Of a DNA stretch of 64,000 nt, positions 1-12,528 are shown piece after piece. The stretch's first letter is position 1. Every line of letters begins with the position of its first letter. Position numbers and translations under genes: made by a program. This DNA comes from Macrostomum lignano (taxonomy: Eukaryota), in NCBI GenBank assembly GCA_002269645.1, contig NIVC01001171.1, positions 62,001 through 126,000 of the forward strand, given 5' to 3'. The notes under the pieces are model-generated. The model ran no database searches. It saw only the letters and a list, made by a program, of their open reading frames with translations, and was not told the origin of the DNA.

Positions 1-1400
1 CTGCGGCAGAAGTATTTTTTAAAGCTAGCATTTGATGAAAAAGCAGCGGCAGAGATCTTTGCAAGTCGCTAGCTATGTCCCGTCTCATTAATGGGCCGTT
101 CTGCTCCATCCAGTAAAGAAGCTGAATGGCAGAATTGGCATAGCAGTCTGCTCCGCTATTTCTTAGTCCACAGAGAGGCTGCGGCTCTGAACTTCTTGAT
201 GATGTTTGTTTGGCAGCCTTTGCCCCTGAACTATGCTCTTGACGAGGCTCTGTTCTAACATTTTCCTCAGCAGGTAGAGATGTGTAAAGATTAGCGTTGA
301 GGCTTTTAGGAAGCTGTGTATCAACGAAGCGGCGCTCAGGATATCGTTGGCGAAAGCAATCTGGGTCGTAGGCATAATGACCTAGGAGCAAAAGAACTGC
401 CATTACATGGCAGTCACAGCCAGCTGTTCGGCTACCCACTTTGGACGAGGAGTAGTAGGCATGTAGCCTCCTTAGACCGGCATCGTGGAATCCAAAAGGG
501 TTTCCATTCGGTAAATCGCTGAGGCGAAGAAGGACTCGATATGTTCGAGATGTGTGCCTCGAAAACACAACGGACAAAAATATCCACGACGGTTGCCAGT
601 TGCCGAATTTCTTTTGCCAGTTCCTTGCCTGCTGTTCTTGCCGGAATTTCCAGCAGCGCATCGATTGAGGCAGCTGCGATGCAAGGTCTTCAAGCTCTAA
701 CCACGTATCACCGTCGAAATACTCAAGCGTGTGTTGCACCTGGATGTTTTGGATATAGCTTTCAGACTGCTGTACATGAAATGGTCCCACACTTACTTCC
801 TGAAGGTTGTCTATCTCAATTCGAGGAAAGCCTGTGGACTCTGGATCTAGCACATCGACTGGTGACCAGCGCCTCGACCCTTCGATAGGAATTCGGGTCA
901 CGTCACACAGGTAGTTCACACCTTCAATCGGATCGAATTCGTTGCTGAGAAACATGCGCCTATTAAAATTCTGACCAAACTCAAAAAGTGAGCTGTCATT
1001 CCATGACTTTGGCAGCGTTTTATTCAATGGGAATCCAATGTGCGATCGGTTGTATTTGGCAATACAGTTGTCGATAATGACATCTAGCCGACTCGACAGA
1101 AAAGCGGAAAAGCGTAGCCAGCTTACTGGTATTTGACTCAATAACAGTCAGTTTTCCGTGAAGGGGGTGATCCTCAGCCGATACTGGATTCTTTGAGCCT
1201 TAGGTTCACATGAAATCCGGTCCGGTCACCGGATCGGAAATAAGTCCGGTCACCTCTTCATCATTCACAGAAAGAGGATCCACTGTTTAAAAAGTCTTCT
1301 GCATGGCTGCATGGTGTAGCAGACTCCCAATGAGTCCCGTTTTCGACTTCCGGGCTTCACCAGATGGCCCAAACAACTCCCGATCATGAGGACCCCACTA
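1..1400 (-). mobile_element. Degenerate PIF/Harbinger-ISL2EU-like DDE transposase with SWIM-like C-terminal region, fused in frame to a USP (peptidase C19) Cys box; runs off the left window edge
   Basis: Hand translation of the minus strand is open from 1147 to 1 (not in the ORF track because no stop is reached in the window). It contains FPRIEIDNLQEVSVGPFHVQQSESY, SRHTSRTYRV, YYSSSKVGSRTAGCDCHVMAVLLLLG and GLRNSGADCYANSAIQLL (Cys codon 143-145). A -1/+1 shifted frame at ~1080-1160 reads KLTVIESNTSKLATLFRFSVES, resembling the DDE_Tnp_4 'EANxSRxVTKxRWVVE' motif. Family assignment is from remembered motifs. Confidence 0.7.
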
Positions 1401-1641
1401 AAGCAGCGTAAAAATGATGCGATGCGTGCTCATTAAGGGATGTGTGGCAGGGGGTCCGTACAGAAATTATTTTTAAGGCTCAGGTGGGTGACCCAGCTAT
1501 ATGACCAGAGCCGAATTTGTGAACTTTCTATCCCGTCATATGTTTCCCATTAGATGAATTCCCCTAATCTTAGTAACTGTCCAGACTACAGAGGCGGAAA
1601 GCGTAAATACTGTAATCTCGTACAGTCTCTAATACTGGAAT

Positions 1642-4600
1642 AACTCATACAGGCTTTAAGCTAGGGTGCTGATTTTTGACTTGCCAACGCATCTCGCGTG
1701 CGTCAAGAGAAAAATAAAGTTTCGTAGCTCTGCGTTGAGTAGAAGTGTCTGTCAGCGAATGTCAAGCTGGACCCCTAAAATACACTACGGAGATAGGAAC
1801 ACAGTTTGCAGGTGAATAACTCGTACAGGCTTTAAGCTAGGGTGCTGATTTTTGACTTGCCAACGCATCTCGCATGCGTCAAGAGAAAAATAAAGTTTCG
1901 TAGCTCTGCGTTGAGTAGAAGTGTCTGTCAGCGAATGTCAAGCTGGACCCCTAAAATACACTACGGAGATAGGAACACAGTTTGCAGGTGAATAACTCGT
2001 ACAGGCTTTAAGCTAGGGTGCTGATTTTTGACTTGCCAACGCATCTCGCGTGCGTCAAGAGAAAAATAAAGTTTCGTAGCTCTGCGTTGAGTAGAAGTGT
2101 CTGTCAGCGAATGTCAAGCGGGACCCCTAAAATACACTACGGAGATAGGAACACAGTTTGCAGGTGAATAACTCGTACAGGCTTTAAGCTAGGGTGCTGA
2201 TTTTTGACTTGCCAACGCATCTCGCGTGCGTCAAGAGAAAAATAAAGTTTCGCAGCTCTGCGTTGAGTAGAAGTGTCTGTCAGCGAATGTCAAGCTGGAC
2301 CCCTAAAATACACTACGGAGATAGGAACACAGTTTGCAGGTGAATAACTCGTACAGGCTTTAAGCTAGGGTGCTGATTTTTGACTTGCCAATGCATCTCG
2401 CATGCGTCAAGAGAAAAATAAAGTTTCGTAGCTCTGCGTTGAGTAGAAGTGTCTGTCAGCGAATGTCAAGCTGGACCCCCAAAATACACTACGGAGATAG
2501 GAACACAGTTTGCAGGTGAATAACTCGTACAGGCTTTAAGCTAGGGTGCTGATTTTTGACTTGCCAACGCATCTCGCGTGCGTCAAGAGAAAAATAAAGT
2601 TTCGTAGCTCTGCGTTGAGTAGAAGTGTCTGTCAGCGAATGTCAAGCTGGACCCCTAAAATACACTACGGAGACAGGAACACAGTTTGCAGGTGAATAAC
2701 TCGTACAGGCTTTAAGCTAGGGTGCTGATTTTTGACTTGCCAACGCATCTCGCGTGCGTCAAGAGAAAAATAAAGTTTCGTAGCTCTGCGTTGAGTAGAA
2801 GTGTCTGTCAGCGAATGTCAAGCTGGACCCCTAAAATACACTACGGAGATAGGAACACAGTTTGCAGGTGAATAACTCGTACAGGCTTTAAGCTAGGGTG
2901 CTGATTTTTGACTTGCCAACGCATCTCGCATGCGTCAAGAGAAAAATAAAGTTTCGTAGCTCTGCGTTGAGTAGAAGTGTCTGTCAGCGAATGTCAAGCT
3001 GGACCCCTAAAATACACTACGGAGATAGGAACACAGTTTGCAGGTGAATAACTCGTATAGGCTTTAAGCTAGGGTGCTGATTTTTGACTTGCCAACGCAT
3101 CTCGCGTGCGTCAAGAGAAAAATAAAGTTTCGTAGCTCTGCGTTGAGTAGAAGTGTCTGTCAGCGAATGTCAAGCTGGACCCCTAAAATACACTACGGAG
3201 ATAGGAACACAGTTTGCAGGTGAATAACTCGTACAGGCTTTAAGCTAGGGTGCTGATTTTTGACTTGCCAACGCATCTCGCGTGCGTCAAGAGAAAAATA
3301 AAGTTTCGTAGCTCTGCGTTGAGTAGAAGTGTCTGTCAGCGAATGTCAAGCTGGACCCCTAAAATACACTACGGAGATAGGAACACAGTTTGCAGGTGAA
3401 TAACTCGTACAGGCTTTAAGCTAGGGTGCTGATTTTTGACTTGCCAACGCATCTCGCGTGCGTCAAGAGAAAAATAAAGTTTCGTAGCTCTGCGTTGAGT
3501 AGAAGTGTCTGTCAGCGAATGTCAAGCGGGACCCCTAAAATACACTACGGAGATAGGAACACAGTTTGCAGGTGAATAACTCGTACAGGCTTTAAGCTAG
3601 GGTGCTGATTTTTGACTTGCCAACGCATCTCGCATGCGTCAAGAGAAAAATAAAGTTTCGTAGCTCTGCGTTGAGTAGAAGTGTCTGTCAGCGAATGTCA
3701 AGCTGGACCCCTAAAATACACTACGGAGATAGGAACACAGTTTGCAGGTGAATAACTCGTATAGGCTTTAAGCTAGGGTGCTGATTTTTGACTTGCCAAC
3801 GCATCTCGCGTGCGTCAAGAGAAAAATAAAGTTTCGTAGCTCTGCGTTGAGTAGAAGTGTCTGTCAGCGAATGTCAAGCTGGACCCCTAAAATACACTAC
3901 GGAGATAGGAACACAGTTTGCAGGTGAATAACTCGTACAGGCTTTAAGCTAGGGTGCTGATTTTTGACTTGCCAACGCATCTCGCATGCGTCAAGAGAAA
4001 AATAAAGTTTCGTAGCTCTGCGTTGAGTAGAAGTGTCTGTCAGCGAATGTCAAGCTGGACCCCTAAAATACACTACGGAGATAGGAACACAGTTTGCAGG
4101 TGAATAACTCGTACAGGCTTTAAGCTAGGGTGCTGATTTTTGACTTGCCAACGCATCTCGCGTGCGTCAAGAGAAAAATAAAGTTTCGTAGCTCTGCGTT
4201 GAGTAGAAGTGTCTGTCAGCGAATGTCAAGCGGGACCCCTAAAATACACTACGGAGATAGGAACACAGTTTGCAGGTGAATAACTCGTACAGGCTTTAAG
4301 CTAGGGTGCTGATTTTTGACTTGCCAACGCATCTCGCGTGCGTCAAGAGAAAAATAAAGTTTCGTAGCTCTGCGTTGAGTAGAAGTGTCTGTCAGCGAAT
4401 GTCAAGCTGGACCCCTAAAATACACTACGGAGACAGGAACACAGTTTGCAGGTGAATAACTCGTACAGGCTTTAAGCTAGGGTGCTGATTTTTGACTTGC
4501 CAACGCATCTCGCGTGCGTCAAGAGAAAAATAAAGTTTCGTAGCTCTGCGTTGAGTAGAAGTGTCTGTCAGCGAATGTCAAGCTGGACCCCTAAAATACA

Positions 4601-5079
4601 CTACGGAGATAGGAACACAGTTTGCAGGTGAATAACTCGTACAGGCTTTAAGCTAGGGTGCTGATTTTTGACTTGCCAACGCATCTCGCATGCGTCAAGA
4701 GAAAAATAAAGTTTCGTAGCTCTGCGTTGAGTAGAAGTGTCTGTCAGCGAATGTCAAGCTGGACCCCTAAAATACACTACGGAGATAGGAACACAGTTTG
4801 CAGGTGAATAACTCGTACAGGCTTTAAGCTAGGGTGCTGATTTTTGACTTGCCAACGCATCTCGCGTGCGTCAAGAGAAAAATAAAGTTTCGTAGCTCTG
4901 CGTTGAGTAGAAGTGTCTGTCAGCGAATGTCAAGCTGGACCCCTAAAATACACTACGGAGATAGGAACACAGTTTGCAGGTGAATAACTCGTACAGGCTT
5001 TAAGCTAGGGTGCTGATTTTTGACTTGCCAACGCATCTCGCGTGCGTCAAGAGAAAAATAAAGTTTCGTAGCTCTGCGT
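1642..5079. repeat. 176-bp tandem satellite, ~19.5 near-identical copies
   Basis: Unit starts recur at 1642, 1818, 1994 ... 4986 (period 176). Only a few SNP variants are present. A diverged partial copy follows at ~5110-5165. Confidence 0.97.
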
Positions 5080-5639
5080 GTATTTTAAGCCGTTTTGTTG
5101 AGTTGCATAATAATACACTAAGGAGATAGGAACAAACTTTATATGTGAATAATTTGTACAGTCTATTTCTAAATGCTGAGATATTTTACGTAGTTTTTTT
5201 TTCTTGATTGCGTCAAAGTTTTTGTAAAATTTTAAAGCGTTTCGTTCAAGTATAGAAAAGTTACAGCAGCTTTGTTAAAATTTGAATGTGAATCTGAATG
5301 TCAATCGGGAAATGAATACGTGAATCGCATTCTAGGAGAATCGTTTTGCTTTAAGGTCATATATATAATATATCCATGTACGACATTGATTTTTTATTTT
5401 TTCCTGCTTAGAATCTTAGAGTCGTTAATGGGCTGGAAAACCGTTTTAAAAATTCTAGACGCTTTTTCAAACCTTACTTTTTACAAATATCGTAACTCGT
5501 ATCGTAACTCGTGTAAAAATTTAACCTTTTGAACAAATACTAAATACATCGGATTATACTGGCAAAACAGGCTCCTTAAGCCTGAGCCAAATTTACTACT
5601 ACTATATTGTTGTCAACTACTATAACTGAAAAACCGCGG

Positions 5640-7770
5640 TCATTCATGAGGCTCTTCATATTGCTTGTTCTGGTTCTAGAACCAGAACCAATTTGTAAAG
5701 TATAACTTTTTGTCTCCTTAACTAGAGCGATATATTTGCTATAAAGGTTCCTAGTCATTTCGTCATCTGCCATTTCGTCATCTGGGTGTCTGGGGTGCTC
5801 ACCTCGACTATGGTCACTTCGTCATCTTAATTAGGCCTAACATGCACTACCTGAAGAGAATCATTTCGTCATCCACCAATCATATTAGTTCCAACTTCAA
5901 GTGAATTATTGTGGCAATTAAATATATTTACTTGGAATCCTAATGATCCTAGTCATTTTGTCATCTCGATTGATAAAACTTGTCAATCGATTGGTTCTGC
6001 TTGCTGCAGCTTATAGTTATTAAACAAAAAATAGTTTACACTAACTCAAATCATGCACAGATTGATTGGTTGATGACGAAGTATCTAGCATAACTAGAGC
6101 TGTCAAAAATAGAAATTTTATTCGAGACGAGATTTGAGACAAAAAAGGCTTATAAGTCGAGAATTTCGAGACGAGACAGGACAAAGTAAATCTAAAAAAT
6201 ATATTTCAGAATTGCATCTTGTCTTGCTCTTATCTTGCCTTATCTTGTCTTAAATTTCTTGATAAGATACAATTCTAAAATATATTTTTTAGATTTTCTA
6301 GAATACTTTCTTAATTCTAGTTTTAATTCTTTGCTATTTATTCATAAGAATTTATGCTTGTAGCATACAGGCCCTTGCCCTTGGCCCTACTATGTCTATT
6401 ACTAATTTGTCAAAAGACCTGTGTAGATTGTCTTCAAGTCTGCTATGATACACCTTGCTGCAGAACTGAAATGATAACTAAAAGAGCGCATTGCAATGCA
6501 AACTCGTATTTAACGACGTTCGTTAAATAACTGCTTGACATTGGCTAGATTTTACCATTTGAAAATTGCCCTATCAAGCGTGTTACAACAAACAGTTGTA
6601 TTGTGCTAGGGGTGTTCCCGTACGATACCAAATCCTACCATTGTAACCAAGTTGTCGCAGGTGTTTTACCTCCTACTTTATCAGTTTTAATCCCAACCGC
6701 TGATACTAAGTTGTTGTAGGTCTGATTCTTCCTTCTGAATAATATCCCACTATTGCCACCAAGTTGTAACAGGCCTTCAAATTCCCTGCTATCAAATTTA
6801 TACTGCTGATACTAAATTCTGCCTTTAGTATTTCTAACTGTTTCTTAGAATCTCATATATTTTCTGGGAAGCATTTTTATGTATTAGTCTGGTAGCGTCT
6901 TATGTATTAGTCTGGTAGCGTTCTTAGTATATGGCCTGAGCGGTCTTACTGATATATGTACTTTCTCTCTTCTTCTCCAGTCTGGGCGTTACCGAGATTA
7001 GAGGGTCACAGCGATTACTCTTAGTACTCTCTTTGCATGAATTCCCAATTCTGACTTTCAATACTTTTTAAATTGAGCAAAGATTTGAGAATGTTTATCG
7101 AACACGTTTTGAGCTTATAGCTAATGAACGAGTTAATTTTCCTACCTCCAACTTCGCTCCTATTTATATCATCTCGACTGTGTATATTTATAACAAACGT
7201 AGAATATTAGGAATATTTTGCAAATTAAAACAAAACATAGTTTTCGCGTGATTTTAGAAATAAGGTTTCCTAGAAAATAGTAACCACTTCTACAGTATTT
7301 ATATGAAAATTTGCTCCCCTTTTTATATCTTATCACTTAAAAGCTTTGGAAAAAAGGTATCAGAAAAATTCTTGAATCTTGTCTCGAATTTCTTGACAAA
7401 ATTCGAGATTTCTCGAGATGAGAAAAAATGTCGAGATCTTGTCTCGAATCTTGTCTCGTCAAGATCTCGTGACAGCTCTAAGCATAACTAAATATTTGGT
7501 CACTTCGTCATATTATTTTTCAAGCTACTTTGCTTCTGGTCACTTCATCATCCAATATGACGAAATGGAATATGACGATCTGACCAGTGACCGCTATAAA
7601 CTCTTAATTCTTTAATGAAAATCCCCAAGAAGAAAGTGAAAAAGTGTGCAAAGTGAGGCTGTTAAGGCCATCAAATATTCACAGAGTTAAATAGTTAAGC
7701 TGCTGTTTTTCTTGGAAGATCCGAACCAATTCTGGTTCTGGAATTGGTAATGTGAAGAGGCTTCATGCCG
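5640..7770. mobile_element. Older inverted-repeat element(s) hosting the hAT insertion
   Basis: CATGAGGCTCTTCATATT (~5646) is inverted against AATGTGAAGAGGCTTCATG (~7750). Multiple GTCA(C/T)TTCGTCAT motifs at 5750-5970 and 7495-7590. Ends are not resolved. Confidence 0.45.
6095..7480. mobile_element. Non-autonomous hAT-like DNA transposon with 8-bp TSD
   Basis: Ends TAGAGCTGTCA ... TGACAGCTCTA. TSD AGCATAAC at 6087-6094 and 7481-7488. Subterminal TCGAGA/TCTCGA-rich inverted repeats. Confidence 0.85.
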
Positions 7771-7908
7771 TATTCATTTGTTAAGCTCTAAGTATTTACT
7801 ACAATATGCTCCGCATAGGCGCAAGCAAGCTGTAGGCTATCTCGCATTGGTTTGTTCATTTTGAAATGGTTCTATTCAGTAGGGCCTAGCAGCGTAAAAT
7901 ACTGATTG

Positions 7909-8253
7909 CTAATGGTAATGGCTAGAGTTCCGGCACCAGAACCCGTTTTGTAATGGCTATGGATCCGGCAGTCTTCTGCAGGCAATTATCTACTAATGAA
8001 GTCTTTGGACATTAGAAGTATCTTGTTTTGAATCTCATTGTTTAGTTTTAATCTTAGGCCTATTAGGCCCTAAGTTATTCTTAATCTTATCTTGAACAAA
8101 ATCCCAATATCAACTACCTATTAAAAAGTAAAATGTTTCAGCTATATTATACCCATAAATTGCACTATTGGAATACCACTGCCGGATGATCCATAGGCCT
8201 AGCCATTAGAAAATGGGTTCCAATGCCAGAACTCTAGCCATTGCCATTGTTAG
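7909..8253. mobile_element. MITE with ~65-bp imperfect TIRs
   Basis: AATGGTAATGGCTAGAGTTCCGGCACCAGAACCC...GGATCCGGCAGT is inverted against ACTGCCGGATGATCCATAGG...GAACTCTAGCCATTGCCATT. Confidence 0.7.
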
Positions 8254-8807
8254 TTGTGCTAGTTGCTTTTTAGGCCTCTTTATTTCCTTTGAGTTTTGCC
8301 AAATGCAAATAAAAATATAAATTTAGGAGGTCCTTATAACTCCTTGTCCTTATTGATACTGAGTCATTTAGGGCCAGGTTGGTGCAGGTCTAGGAAAGCT
8401 TGCCCTAGACTGGGAAAGAAAACCTTAGCAAACAGCATATAGGCAGCAAAGTGGCATCATAAATGATAAACCCTACTAATATATTTAGACCTAGGCCTAA
8501 CTAAGTCCCAGTCTAGGCCTAATTAGATTTATCAAGTTTTTATGTCATTGCTTAAGTACTTATTTATTACAATTCATTTTTGCATAGTTTTTTATTTTTA
8601 AGCCTATTATAATAAATTTAGCTAGGGCCTAGGGCTGGGGGTAGGCTAGGCCTAGCTAGGCCTATGCTTAACAGCTAACACTAGGCCTAACAATGTCAAT
8701 GATAGATCCAGATAAGATATAAGGCAAGGGGCAGCTTCCCCCCTTTTTTGCTATGGCTCAAATTGTATATAAAAAGAGAATATTGCAATTTTGGGCTTAT
8801 TTGGGCC

Positions 8808-9868
8808 TTATTTTGGGCCAACCCAAAAAGTTGAGCTAATCTGCCTTCCTACTTTAAAAATCCTAGATCTACCACTGAGGCCTAGCCAGGCCAAACCAAA
8901 AGGTGCCCTCCGGTGTTGCAGCATGTAATCAATGAGATCTGCTGGGTCCTTGCAGAATACAACAAAGCAGCGCTTCTTCTGACCACCGCTGATCTCAAAC
9001 TCTGCATTGGTCACCAAAAAGTAGTCGCTGAGGCTGCTGTCCAGCTGCTGCAACTTTGACTCCAGGCCTGCTTCAATTGACTTCCGCCCTTTCCACTTAC
9101 AGAAGAATTGCGCTGCAGTCCTTGTTTGCCGTCTGCTTAAACTCAGCGCCTGCTGAAAGCAGCTCATTTCAGATGCTGAGATTGAAGAATCGTAAAAAGC
9201 AGCCAAGTTTTTAGCTTGTGATGGGGCTAGGAGACTGAGTGTTAGATTACGCCCACGAGTTGCCAGTTGAATTGGAGTGGCACCGTGCGCATCGACAGCT
9301 TTTCTTTTGATTAATTTGGCTGCGTGCATCTCAGCCCCTTGCAGCCTTGCTGGTCCACAGAGTACTCTGTGCACAGGTTTTCCCTGCATTGAGTGATGGT
9401 ACAGCAGTGACTGACTCCTCGCTGGAGGATGCAAAGGCAGCATCGGCAGATTTTGGCTGGCAAAGCTATAGGCAGCTGGTCATTGGATGTCTTTGGCCAG
9501 CCAATTGGGTGAGCCGGAACTTTGGCAGAGCCAAGCCCCTGACCAATCGGAGTCATCCAGGCAACTTCACATAGATTACAATGGCACAGGGGATTCTGTC
9601 GTGTGACTGCTGTCTGCTTCACTTTTGAGAAGTCATATGGTTGGGGCAGAGCATCCACTGGCTTTCTACCATTGTCGACATCAAGAAGAAGTTTGCGACA
9701 CCAAGCGCACAAAGATGCTGGAAGACTTTCATCAGTGATGTCAATATCCTCAATAAAATTTCAATTGATGCATTGTAGATTTGCGTCACGAATAAGTTCA
9801 TGAGATGCTCCTTTTTCAGAGCAGATCAGGTAAACTTTCAATCCGTTCTCTGAATGAGTTAAAGCCAT
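8808..9868 (-). mobile_element. Degenerate DNA-transposase remnant with N-terminal Cys/His zinc-finger (Chapaev-like, family uncertain)
   Basis: Frameshifted minus-strand pieces: MALTHSENGLKVYLICSEKG (ATG 9868), FIEDIDITDESLPASLCAWCRKLL, LPQPYDFSKV..TRQNPLCHCNLCEVAW, then the 211-aa ORF 8808-9443. Confidence 0.5.
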
Positions 9869-10499
9869 TGAAGGCATTGCAAAGCTATCAAAAGTGCTAT
9901 AAAAACTGATGATAGAATATAACTTTATTTGAAGTTTGTTGGCATTGTTTTATGCTAGGATAGAGTGGATTTTCCAATCACTGTGAGATGTTAACTGAGT
10001 TTGTAGTGCATGATTGTACATTTTCATTGAACCTTATAGTTGGCCTGCTTGCAGGCATGAAATTTTCAGACAAGTGCAGCATTGTGAATATCTGGTGGAT
10101 GTATATCTGTTAAGTTAAAAACTGGCCGCCTAAAGTTAATCAATTGGTTGATTTCATTTCCCTTCCCTTGATTTCACCTCCCCCCCCTCATGGCAAGCCA
10201 ACAAAGAATAAAAAAAAATTAATTGAGTAAACTACATGTACTTTGAAGTAGCTTCTGACTTTTGCTTTGACATCTCAGAAACCCCCCCCCCCTAATCTTA
10301 GTTATTCTCAGTGAGCCTTGATATCTCAGTAATTCTCCCCAGCACAGTATTATAGCTTCATTTAATTTTTACATGACAGTTCTTTCATGTCTGACATGAC
10401 ACTTCTTTTGACTTTTGTGAAGTGAAGGCTTGTATAATTTGCAAGCTAATTAACTATACTACATGATACAAAATGCAGAATAGGCCTCTTGAATAATGC

Positions 10500-12400
10500 T
10501 TTTACTTTAATTACTATGGGGTATAGTTAGAAAAAATAGCATAATGTTTTCTAGCAATAATGCTGGTAAAATAATTGGAGGATGTAAAAATTGTTGTAGT
10601 GGATCAATAATATTAATATTATATGATGGCTTACAATAAAAGGAAAAATATGATGGCATATACATTGTATTAAATTGCTTGGTTACTAAAAGCCATTTCA
10701 TTCTAATACAAATTATTTTCCATATAGATAACATTATAGGTTCAGAATTTTCTTCTATACATATACTTTCCAAAATTAGCATGCACCTTATAACTGTTAG
10801 AGCCTTAAATACTGACAATGCAACTTTTATACATGTTGCCACAATACAATCTGTAGGCATGCTATTCATGTCAATTTTAAATAGTTTGCAATCTTTTCAA
10901 CTACTACGAGCATATAAAAACAAATATATCTATTAGGCTACCTTGCTTTACAGTTGTAGCAGAAACTATATTTATTTTTACTGGGTTTAGAACCATAATT
11001 GCCTTTTGCAACTGAAATTGTTAGGCAGCTGTAAAACAAACATTTTTAAAGCAACAAGAAAGTGAGATAATATTTTTTTAAATATTAATGCATTGATTCA
11101 AAGTGCATAGTCTAAGAAACTTTTAGACCATTATACATTGGGATAAGCTTAAAATAGTAAAAAATATAATGAAGTTTATATTTTTGCTAGCTTACCTTGC
11201 AAAATTTCAATTAATAAATTATTGTACTCACAAATTTCACAATAATCTACATTTCGTGGTTCCATTGAGTTTGCTAATAGAATTTCACAAAGCTCACAGT
11301 GTAGTAGTAGAAGTCTCATAAAACTGTTACTTAATGGGTGATCTATGGTAACTATATAAGGCCCAAAGTATAATGGCATTCTATGTGTAATTACTATCAT
11401 ATCAGCTGCATAAAAAGGAAGCCTATTTCTGTTTATATGAGCAAGTAATAAAGCTGGCATTGATAAGGGAAAACATTCAAATATAGATTTTACATCTTAA
11501 AACTATAATGCCTTTTGTTGCAATATAAATTTGATTATTAAGCAGAACAACAAAATGGGATACACCTTCTAATAAATCAAATGGACAAGCTTGCTTAATT
11601 CCATTCTCATGACTAATTTGCCACATGGAGTTCCTTATAAGGTTTGAATGCAAAGTTATACAAAAGTCATCATCAATTGCTTTTGCAGAACAAAATCTAC
11701 AGACTTGACCAGAAACAAAGTTGGTACTAAGGCCAATAAGAGAATTAATAGACAAATTATCTCTAGTATAAAAACAGCAAATTATAGGCACATATTTTCT
11801 ATTCCCATTAGAATCTTGATACTTAATGCCAAAATCATATAGATCATTTAATTCTTTTAGAATTGGCTCATAAATGTCACTAAGACTGATGTCTACTAAA
11901 TCTTTCTTCTGAATATATTTAAACTTAACTAAGCTAACAAGGAAGAAACTTTTTTCTTGAGAAGCAATTTTCAATGGTAGATTCAAGATATGAAGATTAT
12001 AGCATATATTTTATGCTTACATCTGGCTTTTCCTATTGGGTTAGCCACCTTAAAATCATCAGTATAAATACTAATATAAACAGCATCTTCTAAAACACCA
12101 TCAACTAGAGTAGCAATATTTAAGAAAATAAAGACTACTGAAGAATGGTGACATATCTATTAAATGCCCATTGAAAATAATTTGCTGAATATCATAGTTT
12201 TGTAATATTGCCTCAATGCTTTCTTTAATAGGAACATACATAATTCCATTCTTAAACTCATTAAATTTAATTTCAATAGATATGTTCTGGCACTACTAAA
12301 TCTCAAAGCTAGATATTTGTAGACAATTTTGGTAAGTATATAAAATACGTTTAGACTTAATTTTAATATCAAGTGTGCAGCTTCTGCTGCTAAAAACCTA
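10500..12400 (-). mobile_element. Degenerate CACTA/EnSpm-type transposase remnant
   Basis: Minus-strand fragments MYVPIKESIEAILQN, SIYTDDFKVANPIGKARCKHKIYAI, YEPILKELNDLYDFGI, DNLSINSLIGLSTNFVSGQVCRFC match the animal EnSpm motifs YxDDFExxNPLG / GDNL..SF..CRFC. Many stops and frameshifts. Confidence 0.75.
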
Positions 12401-12528
12401 AAAACAGCTAAAAATCCTTCATACAATTTCTGCTGCCAATAATTGTTTATATAACCTCGTCATTTCGGCTAATCAGCTTGGCGCGTTTGTGTTTGCCAAT
12501 CGCTACTGTGGCCAGTAGTGTCAGGCGA

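Noticed and set aside
163-375. 'AFANDIL' in the listed ORF resembles an RT (Y/F)ADD motif
   Set aside because: No other RT motifs are present. An overlapping frame explains the region better as transposase/SWIM/USP.
1642-5079. Possible CRISPR-like array (also 38641-39340, 24130-24816)
   Set aside because: Units are contiguous and identical with no unique spacers, and the context is eukaryotic.
12470-12528. SL-donated AUG extending TRMT1
   Set aside because: All nearby AG acceptors (12476, 12515, 12518, 12524) are out of frame with ATG 12529.
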